A stretch of 64,000 bases of DNA from Candidatus Pacearchaeota archaeon CG_4_10_14_0_2_um_filter_35_33. GTDB lineage: Archaea; Nanobdellota; Nanobdellia; Pacearchaeales; GW2011-AR1. Shown here one piece after another: positions 48,092 to 57,992 of this stretch. The stretch spans positions 24,475-88,474 of the forward strand of contig PFOR01000012.1 in assembly GCA_002792635.1 (NCBI GenBank). Direction: 5' to 3'. The first letter of the stretch is position 1; the number at the start of each line of letters is the position of its first letter. The notes below the pieces were generated by a model. That model was not told the origin of the DNA, did no database searches, and saw only the letters and a list, made by a program, of their open reading frames with translations. Position numbers and translations under genes: made by a program.

Positions 48092-49069
48092 CTAATTTAA
48101 TTTACTAAGGACTTCTGAAACAGATATGCTGTTTACAAGCTCTTCTGAATATTGGTCACTTTTTTCTGGGAAATAGTCATAAAGCATCGGAGAAACTACT
48201 TTTTTTAAAATCCCATAGCCTTCTATTTCGTCTGGAGAAGTTACGAAAAAAAGACAAATAGTTGGCTTTTCAAAAGAAAGGGCTATGTGAAGTGCAAAGG
48301 AATCTGAGCAAACAATGGTTGATGGAAGACTAATAAGGGAGAAAAACTCTCTGTCTGTGTTATTTGGATTATTTTTGTACATCCTTATTCCTTCGGATTT
48401 CAATTCCCCTACAAGTTTTTTATGAGTGTCTATTTCGTCAGGCCCACCAAAAAGAAGCACATTTTTTCCAATCTTATTTAATTCTATTATAAGATTTTTT
48501 ATTTTGTTCGGGGCCCAGGCCTTTGAAGGCCATCTCTTTCCAGAGCCCATGTGTATTCCTACTAAATCCTCGGGATTTAAATTGTTGTCTTGTAAAAATT
48601 TCTGAGCATAAGACTTTTCATTTTCTGTTAGATATATCCTGGGTTTTTGCTTCTTAAATTCTAATTCTGCCAAGGAAAACATCATTTCCTGATAAGTCTT
48701 TTTATTTTCTCTTTTTAAATCATCATCGAATAAAGTGTTAAGATAATACTCGGCACCTTGGTTGAATGAAATAGGGTAACCAAATTCTTCTGAGAAACCA
48801 AGTTTCTTTTCTGCTGAAACCTGTTTCGCTACATCCGTTGCTTCTTTTTCTATGTCAAAATTGTACAAAATGTCAAACTTTTTCTCAGTAGAAAATGGAG
48901 GTGTTTTTATAGAATCGATTAAAGGATGGTTTTCAAGAATCTTAGAGGAAGAATTTTTGGTAACCCATGTGATTTTTGAATTGGGGAATTTTTCCTTTAT
49001 TGCAGGTAATACTGATAATGTTCTTACTACATCTCCCTTGGCTCCAAGCTTGATTATTAATATTTCCAT
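48092..49069 (-). CDS. GT9 family glycosyltransferase (heptosyltransferase-like)
   Basis: IIKLGAKGDVV, W(P)SKAW, GGPDE, SDSFALHIA. Confidence 0.9.
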   Translation of the reverse strand: MEILIIKLGAKGDVVRTLSVLPAIKEKFPNSKITWVTKNSSSKILENHPLIDSIKTPPFSTEKKFDILYNFDIEKEATDVAKQVSAEKKLGFSEEFGYPISFNQGAEYYLNTLFDDDLKRENKKTYQEMMFSLAELEFKKQKPRIYLTENEKSYAQKFLQDNNLNPEDLVGIHMGSGKRWPSKAWAPNKIKNLIIELNKIGKNVLLFGGPDEIDTHKKLVGELKSEGIRMYKNNPNNTDREFFSLISLPSTIVCSDSFALHIALSFEKPTICLFFVTSPDEIEGYGILKKVVSPMLYDYFPEKSDQYSEELVNSISVSEVLSKLN

Positions 49070-49125
49070 GCATTTCGAAAAGGGAAGGATTTTTTAAAGG
49101 TTATTGATGTTTAATCTAGGATAAA

Positions 49126-49530
49126 ATGAAAGCCTATATTGCTGGGAAACTTGGAACTGAAAGTGAAAAAAAGTTACTTGTGGATGTAGATAAGTTATGC
49201 AAGAGTCTGGGGGTTAAAACCTTTCTACCCCATAGGGATGTTGGTCTTGCGGAATCAATTGAGGATGTAGATAGAATTTTCAGAGGAGATATAGAGGAGG
49301 GGTTTAAGGGAGTGGGTTTAGTGATTGCCGTGTTAGATGGGCTTCACGTGGGAGCTGGAACTTCATGGGAGTTAGGTTATGCATATGCAAAGAAAATTCC
49401 TGCTATTGGGCTAAAAACCGATGAATCTCCCGAAGATGCTTTAGAATATCTTAGTTCAATTTTAATTGCTTCCATGACCATAGTTAATGACCTTGATAAA
49501 TTGAAAGAAGAAATTAAAAAACTAATCTAA
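49126..49530 (+). CDS. nucleoside 2-deoxyribosyltransferase / NMP N-glycosidase family protein
   Basis: YIAG, FLPH, IFRGDI, GTSWELGYAYA (catalytic Glu). Confidence 0.9.
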   Translation: MKAYIAGKLGTESEKKLLVDVDKLCKSLGVKTFLPHRDVGLAESIEDVDRIFRGDIEEGFKGVGLVIAVLDGLHVGAGTSWELGYAYAKKIPAIGLKTDESPEDALEYLSSILIASMTIVNDLDKLKEEIKKLI

Positions 49531-50427
49531 TGGTTTTGTTGATTGAATTTCATTTTCTCTCCACCCATCCGAATAACTTGCTTTTTTCATTTCAATAAAT
49601 GCTTTGATGTAAATGTATAATCTTGCAGGATATAATTGGATAGTGTGGTAAATTTCCCTTAAATTTGAAGGGTAAACCATTGCAAAGAACATCCCTTCTT
49701 TAATTTCGTTGAATAAGGATTTTGTTCTTGGCATATCGGGTGCGATTTTATTAAGATTCTCATGGGCTTTTACATTTCTTACTTTTTGATTCAACCAATC
49801 TTTCCAATTTGAAGGGTTTTTTACATAAACTTCTGCTCTATCGGCATATGCTATTTGATATCCCTTTTTCCAGAAAAGAAAGGGGATTATGCTATCTTCG
49901 GATGTTTTTGATGGGAAGCTTGTGATTACCCCATTCCTTATTGCAAAAAGATATCCGGAGCATTCAAAGAAGCTTTTTTTTCTTGCCAGATTTCTTCTTG
50001 CTTTATCTATCCCTGCGAAAGCTATTTTACTCCATAAGCCATACTTAGTTTTTCTTGAGTCTATTGAAATAGGTCTTCCAGTTACACACCCTACTTTAGG
50101 ATCTTTAAATTTCTCCAAAATTTCAAGGACTGCATTTTTTGAGACATAAACATCTCCATCGGTTAAAACAATGATATCGTTCTTATTCTTGGAATAAATT
50201 TGCTCAAATAGGATATTCAAGGCGTAACCTTTTCCATCTCCAGGGTCTAGAAAGAAAGACACTTTTTTGCTCCTTATTCGCTTTTTTACATAATCCCATA
50301 CTTCTGGAAAAGGGTCGACTAGAATAATTTTGAATTTTTCTTTTAAATTTTCTTGCTCCAATAATCTATTTATTGCTCGAACTGTTGATTTTGGTTCTTT
50401 ATATGAGGTTATTACAATATGGATCAT
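49522..50427 (-). CDS. GT2 glycosyltransferase
   Basis: GKGYALN, LTDGD, SGYLFAIR, SED, QKVR. Confidence 0.9.
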   Translation of the reverse strand: MIHIVITSYKEPKSTVRAINRLLEQENLKEKFKIILVDPFPEVWDYVKKRIRSKKVSFFLDPGDGKGYALNILFEQIYSKNKNDIIVLTDGDVYVSKNAVLEILEKFKDPKVGCVTGRPISIDSRKTKYGLWSKIAFAGIDKARRNLARKKSFFECSGYLFAIRNGVITSFPSKTSEDSIIPFLFWKKGYQIAYADRAEVYVKNPSNWKDWLNQKVRNVKAHENLNKIAPDMPRTKSLFNEIKEGMFFAMVYPSNLREIYHTIQLYPARLYIYIKAFIEMKKASYSDGWRENEIQSTKPLD

Positions 50428-50618
50428 TCTACTTCAAAAGGATAATCTTCCGGCCTAATGAGGACCGTTTTTTCACCCCTCTGATTGGTTAACTCTAGCC
50501 TACACTTCCTTTTGCCTTGTTTTCCAATCTCTGAAAACTCTATGTTCTGTATCTTCAGTTTTTGACCTGCTAGATTCACTATCTGGCCTACTTTTAGGTC
50601 TTTTGCCATCTTTTTCAT
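50424..50618 (-). CDS. stand-alone aIF5A/EF-P N-terminal-domain paralogue (64 aa)
   Basis: AKDLKVG..SEIGKQGKRKCRLE..GEKTVLIRP..FEV aligns with the first ~66 residues of aIF5A at 743; ATGA overlap with GT2; TATA on the minus strand ~23 nt upstream. Confidence 0.8.
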   Translation of the reverse strand: MKKMAKDLKVGQIVNLAGQKLKIQNIEFSEIGKQGKRKCRLELTNQRGEKTVLIRPEDYPFEVE

Positions 50619-50668
50619 GAGGGGGGAGATAAAAGCAAACTTATAAAGGTTATTAATCTGGAAAAAAT

Positions 50669-51361
50669 ATGAAAAATGCCATAGTTCTTTGTTCAGGGGG
50701 GTTAGATAGTGTGGTTACAGCCCATTATGTCAAATCTTTAGGCTATTGCAATATTAAGGTGCTTTTTTTCGATTATGGTCAAAAAAATATTAAGGGTGAA
50801 TTGAAATGCTCAAAAATTTGTTCTGATTTAATTGGGGCAGATTTTGTTAAGATTAGACTTAAGGAGCTCGGGGAAATTTCTGATTCCTTAATTAATAAAG
50901 GTGGAAAATTCAAAATGCTTGGTAGGAAAGATTTAAAAGACACATCTAAGGAAAGTGAGAAATGGTATGTCCCTTGTAGAAATCTGATCTTTTTATCCTA
51001 TGCCCTTGCGTTGGCAGATAGTGAACTAATGAAGAAAACTAAATATGATGTTTTTGTTGGATTTAAGAATGAAGGAAAAGAAAGTTATCCTGATACAACA
51101 GATGAGTTTGTAAAGCAAGTTAACTTGATAGGTGAGAAATCCTGTTCTGGGAAAATTAATGTCCTCGCACCATTAATAAAAAAAGATAAAGAGGACATTA
51201 TTAAACTTGGGGAAAAAATAGGTGTTGATTTTAGAGATACATTTAGTTGTTATACTAGTATAGATGACTTGCATTGTGGTTCTTGTCTAGCTTGCATGTT
51301 GAGAAAAGAAGGCTTTTATTGGGCTAATGTGAAAGATGAAACAAAATATTTAGCTAATTAA
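50669..51361 (+). CDS. queC: 7-cyano-7-deazaguanine synthase (QueC family)
   Basis: SGGLDS PP-loop, FDYGQ, VPCRN, YPD, SCY..HCGSCLAC. Confidence 0.92.
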   Translation: MKNAIVLCSGGLDSVVTAHYVKSLGYCNIKVLFFDYGQKNIKGELKCSKICSDLIGADFVKIRLKELGEISDSLINKGGKFKMLGRKDLKDTSKESEKWYVPCRNLIFLSYALALADSELMKKTKYDVFVGFKNEGKESYPDTTDEFVKQVNLIGEKSCSGKINVLAPLIKKDKEDIIKLGEKIGVDFRDTFSCYTSIDDLHCGSCLACMLRKEGFYWANVKDETKYLAN

Positions 51362-52468
51362 TCTGACAATGGTTTTTGCTACCTTGTTCCATTCAAATCT
51401 TTCCACAGATTTTTTAGCATTTTGTCTTAATCTTTGATTTTTAGACCGGATTGCGAGATTTAACTTTGAGGATAGACTTTTTGCATCTCCTGTTTTGAAG
51501 AGAAATCCGTTTTTACCATCTTCGATTATTTCTGTTGAACCATGAGTATTTGAAGCAATAACTATCTTCCCCCTAGACATGGCTTCTATAAGTGACTGGG
51601 GCATCCCTTCTCTCTTTGATGGTAAGACAAATATTCTAGCGGAGTCTAATTTCTTTATCTTTTTCTTCGTGTCGTAAATAGGTTCCGAGAATGAGACTCT
51701 TTTATCGAGATTATTTTTAGATATTAATTCCTTAAGAAAAGTTAAATATTCTTTTTCTGCTGGTCCTACAATCTCTAGTTTTATTTTCTCATTTTTGATT
51801 AAAGACATTGCTCTTATTAGGGTTTGAAGGGATTTTAATGGGGAAACTCTTCCCAAGAAAAGAATTTTATTTTGTTCTCTTGCCTTCTTTTGTTTGAAGA
51901 ATTCTTTAGGTATTCCGTTAGGGATATAGGCTATTTTGTTTTTATCGAGTCCTAATTTTCTCAGAAAACTTTCTTCCCATCTTGTTATTGTTATTATTTT
52001 GTTAAACTTGTTTAATACCTTAGGGGCGATTAGCGAGTCATATAATTTTACCAATACTGAGGCCATATTGCCCCTAGTTATATTATCGTGAGAAAAGGGG
52101 GCATGGGTAACTAAGAATACTCTTGAGCCTGTAATTTTTGAATATTTTATGGCTAAATTTGTATGTGGGTGCCTATATGAATGAGCCATTACTATGTCTG
52201 GCTTATATTCCAGAAAATCCTTTTTGAAATTCCAGTACATGAAACTTTCGCCCCCGAGTTTCTTGAAAGGAAATCTATGAATCTCAATAAGCCCTATTCT
52301 TTCAGAAGGTTTTGCAATTTTGTTTGACCCCTTCACTGCATTAGACGAGAATACCTTAACTTTAAATTTCTTAGACAGTTCCTTAGATTCTCCTAGGACT
52401 CTAGTCCAAACTCCGCAAACTCCTGCAGTATAATTGGTTAATTCAAGTACTTTTAGCCTTTTTACCAT
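51350..52468 (-). CDS. GT4 glycosyltransferase
   Basis: IPNG, FLGRV..K, EGMPQSLIEAM. Confidence 0.92.
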   Translation of the reverse strand: MVKRLKVLELTNYTAGVCGVWTRVLGESKELSKKFKVKVFSSNAVKGSNKIAKPSERIGLIEIHRFPFKKLGGESFMYWNFKKDFLEYKPDIVMAHSYRHPHTNLAIKYSKITGSRVFLVTHAPFSHDNITRGNMASVLVKLYDSLIAPKVLNKFNKIITITRWEESFLRKLGLDKNKIAYIPNGIPKEFFKQKKAREQNKILFLGRVSPLKSLQTLIRAMSLIKNEKIKLEIVGPAEKEYLTFLKELISKNNLDKRVSFSEPIYDTKKKIKKLDSARIFVLPSKREGMPQSLIEAMSRGKIVIASNTHGSTEIIEDGKNGFLFKTGDAKSLSSKLNLAIRSKNQRLRQNAKKSVERFEWNKVAKTIVRLIS

Positions 52469-52497
52469 GAAAAATAGCAATAAATGTGGTTAAAAAC

Positions 52498-53364
52498 CTA
52501 TCTAAAGTTCTCATCTTTAATCAGTCTTGCAGACAACCCTTTTATTGTTCCTGCTACTCTTATGCAAGAAAATGCAAACAAAATGCCAATATCCTTTGGG
52601 GAGCTTGGCTTAAATTTACCTTTTGTCAACTTTTTTAGGAAAACTAAGAAAGACAATGGAATGAATCCAATCACTGCACAAGATAATATCGGAATAGTTA
52701 GTAATTTTTTATCTAGGATGGGGTAATGAACGGATAATGATGCACCAATCCATTTGCTCTGCTTAAATATCTCTTTAAGGCTGGCAGGATTTTTGTGATA
52801 ACAAAAAGCTCCTTTTGCAACATCGGATTTAATACCATGTTTTATTAAAAAAGTCAAATCGTCCGCATAACCATATTTTGAATCGAATCCGCCCATTTCT
52901 TCAAACTTTTTCTTTAATATTGCCCTAAATACTATTCCCTTATTTCCCTTAAACCTATTTTCTGCAGTGTATGCACCCCAACACCTACTCCAAACACTAT
53001 TAAGATTTGAAGCTTTTTGATATTGTTCTTCTGTTCCAAAAGATTTTCCCTCTAATATGGGCTTTGTTAAATTTTTTAGATAATCTTTATCAAAAGTCAT
53101 ATCTGCGTCGACAAAAATCAAAATTTTTCCTTTTGCCTTATTTGCCCCTAAATTTCTTGAGAATCCTGGCCCTTTATGTTCCCCTTTAATCAGTTTTACT
53201 TTCTTAAAAGATTTAACAATTTCCTTTGTTCTATCTATGGAGCCATCATCCACTATTATGATTTCTATGTTTTTGTAAGATTGGTTACGAAGACTTTCTA
53301 TACATTCTCCGATATCTTTTTCTTCATTATATGTTGGAATTATTACAGATAACTTAGTTTTCAT
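52498..53364 (-). CDS. GT2 glycosyltransferase
   Basis: SVIIPTYNEE, DDGS, FVDAD. Confidence 0.92.
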   Translation of the reverse strand: MKTKLSVIIPTYNEEKDIGECIESLRNQSYKNIEIIIVDDGSIDRTKEIVKSFKKVKLIKGEHKGPGFSRNLGANKAKGKILIFVDADMTFDKDYLKNLTKPILEGKSFGTEEQYQKASNLNSVWSRCWGAYTAENRFKGNKGIVFRAILKKKFEEMGGFDSKYGYADDLTFLIKHGIKSDVAKGAFCYHKNPASLKEIFKQSKWIGASLSVHYPILDKKLLTIPILSCAVIGFIPLSFLVFLKKLTKGKFKPSSPKDIGILFAFSCIRVAGTIKGLSARLIKDENFR

Positions 53365-54092
53365 GATAAGCTCATCAAATAATCAATTTTATTTAGAAGG
53401 TTTTTATGGGGGAATTTTCTATCTATCTTGCTATTCTTTAATTCAATAAAATCCCATGAATGGGCATAAAATATTGGTTTTTTATAAAATATATTAAGAA
53501 TTCTTAGATATAATTTTATGAGTGGTTTTGGAAGAACTCTCATTGTTAATGAAACAAAAGGTATTAGCAGAGATGGGCAAGGTTTTTCCCGTAAATTTGA
53601 CCTTATTTTGTATTCGTTAAGAGGGGAAAAGAAACCTCTTATATTCAGGACTATTTTTTGGGGAAAAAATAAAAATTGGAATAGGTTTAACGGTGTATAA
53701 GAAGAATCATATTTAAATCCATATTTGTTTAATAAATCAAGGGTTCTTTTATCTATACTATGCTGGGGGGCCCTGAATCCCTCCAGTTTGAAACTGAATT
53801 TGGAATAAAGTTTGACTATTTTCTGGATTTCTTTCTCTTTTTCTGCATTAGAGAGATCGTCAAAACGCTTATGTGTGTAACCATGAGATGAAATTTCCCA
53901 ACCCTTTTTATATAATCTTTTAAATATTTTTGAAAACTTTTCTAATACTTCTCCTGTCACAAATAAAACGGGGCGTATATTATTTTTATCACATATATTT
54001 TCAAAATTCTTTAAACCTATCAAAACTCCATTGAAAGAGTCTTGGTTAATATCTTTTTCAACATCGACACTGAAAATTATTTTATTTGGCAT
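53361..54092 (-). CDS. polysaccharide deacetylase (CE4)
   Basis: SVDVE, SHGYTH, GFRAP, YDSS, YAHSWD. Confidence 0.9.
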   Translation of the reverse strand: MPNKIIFSVDVEKDINQDSFNGVLIGLKNFENICDKNNIRPVLFVTGEVLEKFSKIFKRLYKKGWEISSHGYTHKRFDDLSNAEKEKEIQKIVKLYSKFSFKLEGFRAPQHSIDKRTLDLLNKYGFKYDSSYTPLNLFQFLFFPQKIVLNIRGFFSPLNEYKIRSNLREKPCPSLLIPFVSLTMRVLPKPLIKLYLRILNIFYKKPIFYAHSWDFIELKNSKIDRKFPHKNLLNKIDYLMSLS

Positions 54093-54765
54093 CTGAAATT
54101 TTTTCTGCTACTAAATATATGAAGAAACCGAAATGCTGTCTGCTAAATTTATGAAAAAAATTATCCATGTGATTAAAAATATTCGCCGGGTCCTTGTGAG
54201 GCATGGTCCAGTATGCCTTAAGCTTGAATCCTGCTTTATTCAAGATTGAAATTATTTCGCTTTTTGTAAAACTCTTTTCATATCCTAAATCCCAGGTTCC
54301 AAGCCTCATCTTAATATTTTTAGTTATATGAAAAAATGAATATTTATTAGGTACTGTAATGAATGCTAGTCCTCCTTTTTTCATTATTCTATTTAATTCC
54401 TTGAAGACTGAATAGGATCTGGGAGTATGCTCAAAAACTCCGAGTGAGAACACTTTAGTAAAATAATCATCCGGATAGGTTGTAGACTCCATGTCTGCTA
54501 CGCTTAATTTTATCCTTTTGTCTTTGTTTAGCTTCACGGCTACAGGCGATATGTCTATTCCAAAGCATTCAGCGCCTGTTTTGTTTGTTATATCGATTAA
54601 GTGGGCTCCGACTGCACATCCTATATCGAAGACTATATCCTTTTTTTGTATATTCAATGCTTTTATTATGAAATCAGCGTTTCCTCCATATTTTCCGTAG
54701 AAATATCCATCTGATTTAACCCTATCATCCCAATATTTCTTCCACTCGTTTTTTAGTTCTTTCAT
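54082..54765 (-). CDS. class I SAM-dependent methyltransferase
   Basis: DIGCAVG, GIDIS, VFEH, KKGG. Confidence 0.9.
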   Translation of the reverse strand: MKELKNEWKKYWDDRVKSDGYFYGKYGGNADFIIKALNIQKKDIVFDIGCAVGAHLIDITNKTGAECFGIDISPVAVKLNKDKRIKLSVADMESTTYPDDYFTKVFSLGVFEHTPRSYSVFKELNRIMKKGGLAFITVPNKYSFFHITKNIKMRLGTWDLGYEKSFTKSEIISILNKAGFKLKAYWTMPHKDPANIFNHMDNFFHKFSRQHFGFFIYLVAEKISDAK

Positions 54766-55835
54766 TTTACCCTTTTGTCAGATAGGAAAGTATTATAAAG
54801 ATTTTGGACTTCTAGTGCTATCTTGCTCCATTCATATTTTTTAGCTGTCTTTTTCCCATTTCTCCCGATTTGGTTGGCTTTTTTAGGGGATTTTGCCATG
54901 GCAATTAATGCTTTTTCTAGGGATTCGACTGAGCTTGGTTTAACCAATACTATGTTTGTATTATCTTTGAATATTTTCCTCATTCCAGGTAAATCTGAAG
55001 CTATCACTGGTCTTCCAGAGCCCAGTCCTTCTAAGAGGGCAGGCCAAGGCAAGGCCTCCCAAATTGACGGAAAGACTAAGAGATATGATGAAGAAGCTTC
55101 TTTAAACAAGATTCTCCTATCGGAGACAAAACCCTTCCAGATTATTTTATCTGATTTGTATTTAGTTTTCAATTCATGATAAAGGTTGCCTTCCTTTTTT
55201 CCAATAATTTGAAGATTATAGCCGGGATATTTTTTTGAAAACGTTTGGAATGCCTTAAGTAAATTGCTTGTGCCTTTTTGCTTATGAATTCTCCCGATAA
55301 AGGTGATTTTCTTTTGAACTTTCAAGGGTTTTATTTTTGAATAGAATTCTAAATCTACACCATTTGGTATGTATTTGATATTCTCAATCTCTTTTTTTAA
55401 GTTATCAACATCTGCGACACTTACGGAGATTATTTTGTTCGCACGGGATAGACAATATCTAAATGCCGGCCAAATTAATTTATTGTCAAAAAATCTAAAG
55501 CCTGAAATTCCGTGAACTGTGATTATAACTTTGTAACGTAATTTTAAAATTGGAGTTAGAAAATATAAAAGATTTTCGTGTATGTGTATTAAATCATATT
55601 TTTTTACGGGCGTAATTAATAGAACAATAGAATAAACAAAAGAAGTTAGCAAGAATAAGATATTTCTAAAAAAATTATTTTTCTTGTATATTGGGACTGT
55701 TACCTTATTTTGGCATATTGAATTTTTTTGTGTAAACACAAAAGATTCTGGAATCCTTGAACTTATCTCGTATATGTGTCTTTCACTTCCCCCTTCTACG
55801 GGGGGTGTTAATCCCATCATTAAAATTTTCTTCAT
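54762..55835 (-). CDS. GT4 glycosyltransferase
   Basis: GGSERH, IPNGVD, FIGRI..KG, PSIWE..LLEG. Confidence 0.92.
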   Translation of the reverse strand: MKKILMMGLTPPVEGGSERHIYEISSRIPESFVFTQKNSICQNKVTVPIYKKNNFFRNILFLLTSFVYSIVLLITPVKKYDLIHIHENLLYFLTPILKLRYKVIITVHGISGFRFFDNKLIWPAFRYCLSRANKIISVSVADVDNLKKEIENIKYIPNGVDLEFYSKIKPLKVQKKITFIGRIHKQKGTSNLLKAFQTFSKKYPGYNLQIIGKKEGNLYHELKTKYKSDKIIWKGFVSDRRILFKEASSSYLLVFPSIWEALPWPALLEGLGSGRPVIASDLPGMRKIFKDNTNIVLVKPSSVESLEKALIAMAKSPKKANQIGRNGKKTAKKYEWSKIALEVQNLYNTFLSDKRVK

Positions 55836-55836
55836 T

Positions 55837-56805
55837 TTATTTTTTCCTAAAATACATATCTTTAAAGAATGCTGATTTGTCCAAAAGACCCCTTAAGAAA
55901 CTGTATTTCAAACCTGTTGAATAGATATATTGAGGTTTTATCTCTGCACCGAACCTTCCCTTGAATTTATTGATGTTGTAAAGTTTATCTCCTTCAGTTG
56001 CTCGAGTATCGTATCCGCCAAAATCGAAATATTTCAGGTTTTGTGATTTAGCATATAAGATTAGATTCCAATAAAGGTATGGCATCGCCTGTTTCTTTTG
56101 CCCTTCTGCTGATGATGCTGTTAAGTTAAGTATTGCGTATTTATTATTTTTGTCTAACAAAATTAACCCTCCTCCAAGAATAATATTATTTGATTTTATT
56201 AGGAATAAATTCCCTATTCCCGATTTTGTAATTTCCTTAATAAATCCTATTTTTTCTGGGGAAAATCTTCCTTGTTTCACGGTTTCTTTATAGATATTAT
56301 AAAAATCAGATATTTCTTTTTCGTTTGAAGCCGGGACAAACCCGAGTTTATTTTTTTCTGCTGTTTTAACTCCCCATCTAGAAGATTTCTTTTCAAGACC
56401 TTTCCATAACTCTTCTTCTGAGGTGGATAAATTTAAGATTAAGGTATGGTTTGTAACTTTTTTGTATCTTTCCTCTTCCAGTTTTTTATTTAGAGGAAAC
56501 AAGACTAGTGGATAATTTATCCCATAGAAAAAATTCTTGGAAACTTTTTTGAATTTTTTTAATATCTCATTATAGCCTTCCTCTGTTAAAGATAATGGGT
56601 TTCCCTCTGAAAATAAAAATTTTACTTTTCCAATGAGTGGGAGATTTTTTGTTCGTTCAAAATACAATAAGCCTGCTTTTAATTGACCAGATTCTTTTAT
56701 TGCGAGGAATCGAGGGGTATCTCCTGAAATTCTTCTAGCTTCTGCCCATGCGGGACTTTGGTAAATGCTACCTTTTGACTTAGTCCAAAGACTTTTCCAT
56801 TGCAT
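55837..56805 (-). CDS. FemAB/FemX-like GNAT-fold transferase
   Basis: IYQSPAW, ILNL..EEELW..R..VKTAEK, YLYWNLI, YFDFGG, KFKGRFGA. Confidence 0.85.
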   Translation of the reverse strand: MQWKSLWTKSKGSIYQSPAWAEARRISGDTPRFLAIKESGQLKAGLLYFERTKNLPLIGKVKFLFSEGNPLSLTEEGYNEILKKFKKVSKNFFYGINYPLVLFPLNKKLEEERYKKVTNHTLILNLSTSEEELWKGLEKKSSRWGVKTAEKNKLGFVPASNEKEISDFYNIYKETVKQGRFSPEKIGFIKEITKSGIGNLFLIKSNNIILGGGLILLDKNNKYAILNLTASSAEGQKKQAMPYLYWNLILYAKSQNLKYFDFGGYDTRATEGDKLYNINKFKGRFGAEIKPQYIYSTGLKYSFLRGLLDKSAFFKDMYFRKK

Positions 56806-56806
56806 T

Positions 56807-57961
56807 TTATCTTGGCCTCCTGAGTGAATTAAATAGTTCTAAATAAGAATTGTAAGTTTTGTCCTCTGAATAATTTTCTAAAATTATTTTCCTAGCCATT
56901 TTAGATTGTTTGTTCCTGTACTTTTTATCTTTTATTAGTTTCCTAAGTTCAGACAATGCTTTTTCTTCAGACATTGTAAAAAAACCATATGGCTCTTTTC
57001 CTATATTTAGTGCAACTACTGGAAGCCCGCAGGCTGCTGCTTCCGTTGTAGACCTGGATACATTAGTTTGTTGTTCAACTTGTAAAAATATATCCATCTT
57101 ATTTAGATAATCTGGAAGCTCTGTATTTTTTATCTGACCAACCCATTTAGCGTTTTTGATGTTGAGTTTGTCTTTCAATTTATTAAAATAGTCCTTGTCT
57201 AATGAGGGGTCTAGAGGACCAACCCAGTGGAATTCTGTCTTTTGATTCTTGGACGCTTGATTAAATAAGGAAAGTGCTCTTTCAGGGTATTTTATTGGGG
57301 CAAGCCTTCCAACATAACCTACAACAATTTTCTTATTTTTTCTTTTTCCTGAGGGTTTGAATAAATTGGTCTTAATTCCATGGGGTATTGTTTGTATTTT
57401 TGCTTTGCTGGATTTCTTTTTGTTTAGAAATTGATATTCTGAGGCATTTACAGGAACCATTACGTCAGGAATCTTTAATGTTAAATTGTTATAAATTTTC
57501 ATTAGGCTAATAAAGATGCTAGAACTTAGTCCGGGGCCTTTTTCTTTGTAAATTTCCCTTTTCATTGTCTCATACATTAAAGCTCCCCCCCTACATACAA
57601 TTTTTGTATTTGTTAACTTTAGAGGAAGAGTAGCAAGCAGTTCAGGCTCTCCAACGACTATCACTTCTGCTTTTTCTTTTTTGGCTATTTTAAACAAATA
57701 CCTGCTTGTAATTAGAAGTCTGTAGAGGTAAACGGCTGGATTAAATCTTAGGCCCTTTTTTTGTTTTGGCGTATATCTCACTTTTATTATCCCCTTGTTG
57801 TGTTTAATATCTTCACTATGGCAATCCTCTTCTTCTAGTCTATGGGCTAGGACTATCACTTTATGGCCTTTATTGGCTAGCCAATATGAGATTGTTTTGA
57901 CAAATAAGTCTGTGCCTCCCTTATCATAGTGCCAGGAACCTACTTGGAACATAATATTCAT
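56807..57961 (-). CDS. GT4 glycosyltransferase
   Basis: GGTD, IPHG, YVGRLAPIK, EAAACGLPVV. Confidence 0.9.
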   Translation of the reverse strand: MNIMFQVGSWHYDKGGTDLFVKTISYWLANKGHKVIVLAHRLEEEDCHSEDIKHNKGIIKVRYTPKQKKGLRFNPAVYLYRLLITSRYLFKIAKKEKAEVIVVGEPELLATLPLKLTNTKIVCRGGALMYETMKREIYKEKGPGLSSSIFISLMKIYNNLTLKIPDVMVPVNASEYQFLNKKKSSKAKIQTIPHGIKTNLFKPSGKRKNKKIVVGYVGRLAPIKYPERALSLFNQASKNQKTEFHWVGPLDPSLDKDYFNKLKDKLNIKNAKWVGQIKNTELPDYLNKMDIFLQVEQQTNVSRSTTEAAACGLPVVALNIGKEPYGFFTMSEEKALSELRKLIKDKKYRNKQSKMARKIILENYSEDKTYNSYLELFNSLRRPR

Positions 57962-57992
57962 AAAAATCCCAATATCAGGGTATTTAAAACGT

